The notes beneath the pieces were generated by a model. It worked only from the letters and a program-made list of their open reading frames with translations, made no database searches and was not told the origin of the DNA. From Phoronis australis (taxonomy: Eukaryota; Animalia; Phoronida): 64,000 nucleotides of DNA. The stretch spans positions 186,001-250,000 of the forward strand of contig NMRA01000422.1 of NCBI GenBank assembly GCA_002633005.1, given 5' to 3'. The number at the start of each line of letters is the position of its first letter. The stretch's first letter is position 1. A program made the position numbers and the translations under genes. This document shows, one piece after another, positions 62,001-64,000 of the stretch.

Positions 62001-62017
62001 CGTAGAAATCGGAGAAG
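23030..62017 (+). CDS. Cubilin-like multi-CUB-domain secreted protein, incomplete (continues past the window); visible domains correspond to about CUB14-CUB19 of cubilin
   Basis: Exons 23030-23090 (putative signal peptide), 34906-35106, 37854-38003, 38902-39086, 40959-41314, 42367-42545, 49742-49948, 52547-52687, 54796-54983, 58674-58842, 61814-62017. All introns are GT-AG and phase-consistent, with no stops. Repeated CGG..SPxYP..Y..C.W....F..F.lE...C..D...DG....CG......F.TD.....GF...Y CUB pattern. Confidence 0.85.
24055..24137. repeat. 25-bp tandem repeat, about 3.3 copies
   Basis: Unit GACATGTTCACGTTATCCAGTCAAT. Confidence 0.92.
25764..25999. mobile_element. Penelope-type inverted terminal relic; each arm carries a hammerhead-ribozyme-like core
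   Basis: ~80-90 bp inverted arms (25764-25842 / ~25910-25999); CTGATGA-T-GTCTA-atgaa-TAGAC-GAAAC at 25920-25947 and its reverse complement at 25805-25832. Confidence 0.6.
27070..27231. mobile_element. Short (130-160 bp) MITE with CAGTGGCGGAT termini; siblings at 32396-32526 and 44225-44357
   Basis: Shared internal sequence (..cccctaaaattctc.cagatt..aactcaaaatcctagatcc..) and related TIRs. Confidence 0.7.
27690..28025 (+). mobile_element. 3' fragment of a non-LTR retrotransposon (L1/Tx1-like), same family as 60120-61078
   Basis: Near-identical to the reverse complement of ~60185-60545 (caaaagtgtcgcattcagcttcccaactgtctctcttacgaacgtg...). Confidence 0.75.
28026..29272 (+). mobile_element. Helentron-associated non-autonomous element (HINE/DINE-1 architecture)
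   Basis: 5' subTIR ACTCTGCGCGTG with adjacent short IR, (TTC/TTA)n microsatellite, internal ~440-bp duplicated block, 3' subTIR CACGCGCAGAGT (29226-37), hairpin TTATTGCCACG/CGTGACAATAA, CTAG end, inserted in a T-run. Confidence 0.75.
30710..31465 (+). mobile_element. 5'-truncated LINE (CR1/L2-clade-like ORF2 C-terminus)
   Basis: ARGECGR..YWTKLL..FRCSGHSLNIEKGRH..RICDIC..EDEPHF..CP zinc-finger motif; AATAAA plus (GAATAT)n tail; flanking direct repeat TTTCACGCCGRTGTTGC at ~30692 and ~31468 (TSD). Confidence 0.75.
32396..32526. mobile_element. Short MITE, same family as 27070-27231
   Basis: CAGTGGAGGATTTAGG...CCTGGATCCGCCCCTG. Confidence 0.7.
33565..33874. mobile_element. Inverted partial copy of the Kolobok-type element, ending at the single-N join
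   Basis: Near-identical reverse complement of ~22003-22312, preceded by TTAA; stops at N 33875. Confidence 0.85.
34906..35106 (+). CDS. Cubilin-like CUB exon
   Basis: SGCGGNLVATTTRKRLESPGYPSYSNGLQCRWTIRSDAGTTVHLSFITIDMEDHSRCSYDYVAVYD|gtatgt. Confidence 0.9.
37200..37470 (+). mobile_element. Degenerate LINE ORF2 C-terminal fragment
   Basis: CCLCHTGRVETELHFLFECP motif. Confidence 0.55.
37854..38003 (+). CDS. Cubilin-like CUB exon
   Basis: GSSTYATRLGKYCGHYSSAFYLQSTSNILVVTFSTDSTVTRRGFQADYKS|gtatgc. Confidence 0.9.
38102..38169. mobile_element. 68-bp micro-MITE
   Basis: 13-bp perfect TIR CATGGGCGGCGCA / TGCGCCGCCCATG; TACTA on both flanks. Confidence 0.65.
38170..38720. repeat. Compound trinucleotide low-complexity tract (ACT/ACC/GCT)n
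   Basis: Runs of actactact, accaccacc and gctgctgct. Confidence 0.9.
38902..39086 (+). CDS. Cubilin-like CUB exon
   Basis: VCGGLLQGTRGIIHSPLYPSAYDNNVSCVWTVQVTSGHSIQLTFEAFDIQGTQGSCSGDYLE|gtaggt. Confidence 0.9.
39190..40578 (-). mobile_element. Same ~1 kb element, copy 2 (inflated by a 425-bp duplication around the N at 40043)
   Basis: CAGTGGCGGATCTAGG ... CCTAAATCTGCCTATG; TSD CACAA. Confidence 0.85.
40959..41314 (+). CDS. Cubilin-like CUB exon
   Basis: IRNGGYASSPPIG..LCG..FVSDHSGQSTGFKIVY..SPNYPDAYPHNIDCTWIIEAPNSELVQVDFQDFDIESS|gtatga. Confidence 0.9.
42367..42545 (+). CDS. Cubilin-like CUB exon
   Basis: CRYDFLELRDGGTESSPLIRQFCGKDKPDSVRSTTSKLYMRFRTDGSFAGRGFKARYAI|gtaatc. Confidence 0.92.
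43205..47491. mobile_element. Decayed ~4.3 kb ISL2EU-type (PIF/Harbinger-related) DNA transposon in a cubilin-like intron
   Basis: TIR GGGGCTATTCGGA.AAT / ATT.TCCGAATAGCCCC. THAP-like PKPKNDVEKRKLWIKL..NKHKYI at ~43470-43600 (+). DDE-like remnant ~44590-44780 (+). YqaJ-like PAMLHG..CGLFV..YL....LVGED..VQGQ..PKLDLFY at ~46010-46450 (-). Confidence 0.65.
44089..44224. other. Assembly gap (136 N)
   Basis: Run of n. Confidence 0.99.
48699..48830 (-). mobile_element. Penelope-like element GIY-YIG C-terminal remnant
   Basis: RLKREQYWIEKLNTREPHGLNIK, the typical RE.YWI..L.T..P.GLN ending. Confidence 0.65.
49742..49948 (+). CDS. Cubilin-like CUB exon
   Basis: ATCGGTFNSRSGVLQSPNYPSNYDTHANCTWYIHGPFGHYINITFDYFELQTSDGCSKDFIELRHKNES|gtaagt. 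Confidence 0.92.
52041..52433. mobile_element. Tc1/mariner-pogo-type MITE
   Basis: TA|CCGGGAATTTCCGAAA ... TTTCGAAAATTCCCGG|TA. Confidence 0.75.
52547..52687 (+). CDS. Cubilin-like CUB exon
   Basis: GYLLGRFCGSSTPDTIRFPDGDAFVRFVSDSSVTAKGFRMRYVASHT|gtattt. Confidence 0.9.
54796..54983 (+). CDS. Cubilin-like CUB exon
   Basis: ECGGSFTAPSGHFTSPGYPVAYPHSRECVFRIRLQLGRRIKLVIDNINIGVLNYYCDTRNVLT|gtaagt. Confidence 0.9.
56557..57573 (-). mobile_element. Same ~1 kb element, copy 3
   Basis: CAGTGGCAGTTCTAGG ... CCTAAATCCGCCTATG; TSD TAAAA. Confidence 0.85.
57990..58540 (-). mobile_element. Highly degenerate LINE reverse-transcriptase remnant
   Basis: GNLRPISI motif (N.RPISIL) with frameshifted downstream coding-like sequence. 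Confidence 0.35.
58674..58842 (+). CDS. Cubilin-like CUB exon
   Basis: VYDGSEDDSRIARICGRNRVIAPKYSSSNTMTVVFVTDGSSSNRGFSASYSSQEPS|gtgtgt (AAG acceptor). Confidence 0.88.
60120..61078 (-). mobile_element. 5'-truncated L1/Tx1-like LINE (ORF2 C-terminus and 3' UTR)
   Basis: IIATNTFLVKIRVRDSNLCSFCNKAPETLPHLF.EC..V...W ... NILLLLAKQYFYK..KW; AATAAA and A-rich tail near 60120-60140. Confidence 0.75.
61814..62017 (+). CDS. Cubilin-like CUB exon
   Basis: GCGGLITGPQSGVITSPGYVEGRYDNSAQCTWFFVNPNGTDRSTILQFTSFSLESSSTCTYDYVEIGE|gtaggt. Confidence 0.9.
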
Positions 62018-63255
62018 GTAGGTTGACCTGAAAATTTCAGTCTCAAATAGAGATAATTAATTACTGTAAAGCGTTGATGGGTTTCATTGGGCTTTGGGTA
62101 CACAACTGTTGTATGGGGGCGTGGGCTGCTCTTAAACCTATCACAGCACTGTATAAGGTGTCACTAATTTTTTGGTGATTTTGGTCTTGAAAAAAAAGTT
62201 CTTGGCAGCTCCAACAGTCTTCTCCACAGAACCCGGCGAGAGACAGTGCATTCAGACTGCCAAAATTCTCCAGATAACGAAAATCAGGTGAAAATGGTTG
62301 TTTTACTCAATAATATTTTCGTGGTGAAACATTACAAAATGACGAAGGATATAGCAATACATAGAACTTTTAAAGAAGCAGCAAATACAACTAACGACAG
62401 CGTACGATACATCAAGGGGAAGTAACATACCACCGAGTCCTAGAAGTCCCCTCTAAATTTGGGAATGCGAATTAGGGAACTTCATGTACGGCGCAACGTA
62501 CTCACTAACGGTAAGATGTGCACGGTAAGATTTGCACGTGGTGCAAACATGATCTACATCTAACGCGAGTTTCCCGGCCTGTGATTATTGGCTAAAGAGG
62601 TTGTTTACAGCGCCCTCTACCGCCCAACATTTACGACAATCTATTCCATAACAACTTCGCTTTTTACTGCAAATGTGCAACTTAAAATTTACGTTAGAAC
62701 TTTTTCAATAATGATTTAGATGAGCTATATTTAGTCATGCAAGAAAAGAGTACATTGTCACTTCAAAATAATCACAAAATGTTCTCCTACAACTTAGGTC
62801 CCACAGTTTAAAACGTAATAAGACGAACGTGACTGACTACAAGACAACATAAGAAAACATACAAGTCAGTCAATTTTATATCGACGTTCGTCTTTTTTAG
62901 TTTTCATCGTCAACAACAGCAATGACTTTAAATATCACCTAAATTAGTTTTGCAAATAATTGTACAAATGCGTAGATTCGGTGTTTATTTTAAACAAAAG
63001 AGGATCACCGTACTAAGTAGCTCCAAACTATGGCACCAGATGGCGTTCTTTTCCTTTTTTAGTTAGTGTGAGAATTTTGTGCCGATTCATCTTGGTCGGT
63101 GCTTTCTCGAACGGGCCCAATAACAGAATCAAATATCAACTGCTACTCCTTGCAGCCTTAGTGAAATTATACACACTTCCATTGTAAAGGGTCCCACTTG
63201 GATGGACACGCGATGATGGAAACCATTATCATTCCTTATGTCTCTATCAATAGTT

Positions 63256-63805
63256 TTACTAAGACTATCGATACAGATAGCGAACCTACATCGATCGACT
63301 TACTAAGACTATCGATACAGATAGCGAACCTACATCGATCGACTTACTAAGACTATCGATACAGATAGCGAACCTACATCGCTCGACTTACTAAGACCAT
63401 CGATACAGATAGCGAACCTACATGTACATCGATTGACTTACTATAAGACTATAGATACAGATAGGCAACCTACATCGATCGACTCACTAAGACTATCGGT
63501 ACAGATAGCGAACCTACATCGATCGACTTACTAAGACTATCGATACAGATAGCGAACCTACATCGATCGACTTTCTAAGACTATCGATACAGATAGCGAG
63601 CCTACATCGATCGACTTACTAAGACTATTGATACAGATAGCGAACCTACATGTACATCGATCGACTTACTATAAGACTATAGATACAGATAGCCTACCTA
63701 CATCGATCGACTCATTAAGACTATCGGTACAGATAGCGAACCTACATTGATCGACTTACTAAGACTATCGATACAGATAGCGAACCTACATCGACCGACT
63801 TGCTA
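63256..63805. repeat. 44-bp minisatellite, about 12 copies, with higher-order structure
   Basis: Unit TTACTAAGACTATCGATACAGATAGCGAACCTACATCGATCGAC. Confidence 0.95.
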
Positions 63806-64000
63806 ATCTCCACCGGCAAAGTCTATCATATTATCTCTGTCGATAGAGTTAGTATCTCACAATAGAGGCATACTCTGATATCTCCTCCTTAGACTTGTTA
63901 TTGATAGAGCAGAATTGATATTTCTATCAGTAAAGATAAGTCCGCGAGAAATCATTTAATCGTTACCCTTTCACAGTCACCATACGGGTGCATGTTATAT

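Noticed and set aside
63256-63805. Regular repeats resembling a CRISPR array (also 1787-1931, 13650-13850, 24055-24137)
   Set aside because: Head-to-tail units with no unique spacers, no cas genes and a eukaryotic context; these are minisatellites.

Overview
AT-rich (roughly 38% GC by eye), intron-rich eukaryotic DNA, most likely from an invertebrate animal (the repeat landscape looks lophotrochozoan; this is inference). Three genes are visible. (1) The last coding exon of an unidentified + strand gene, open from base 3 to a stop at 428. (2) A complete 11-exon DNAJC1/ERdj1 gene on the - strand (ATG 16438 to TAA 4771, 508 aa: signal peptide, J domain with HPD, TM segment, two SANT domains). 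(3) A divergent + strand cubilin-like gene that runs off the right edge. Its visible CUB exons line up with the C-terminal half of cubilin (about CUB14-19) and appear to follow a signal-peptide exon at 23030 directly, suggesting a 'half-cubilin'; a single-N assembly join at 33875 is the caveat. Introns and intergenic DNA are full of transposon relics: a ~1 kb CA..TG element family with 5-bp TSDs carrying a tRNA-like module, a deleted Kolobok-type element (THAP plus acidic ORF, TTAA TSD), a decayed 4.3 kb ISL2EU-type element (THAP, DDE, YqaJ remnants), a Helentron-type HINE nested in a LINE tail, several MITEs and LINE fragments, Penelope-type minimal hammerhead ribozyme cores in inverted pairs, and minisatellites. 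There are no prokaryotic features, CRISPR arrays or rRNA. All protein-family assignments come from recognised motifs, not database searches.
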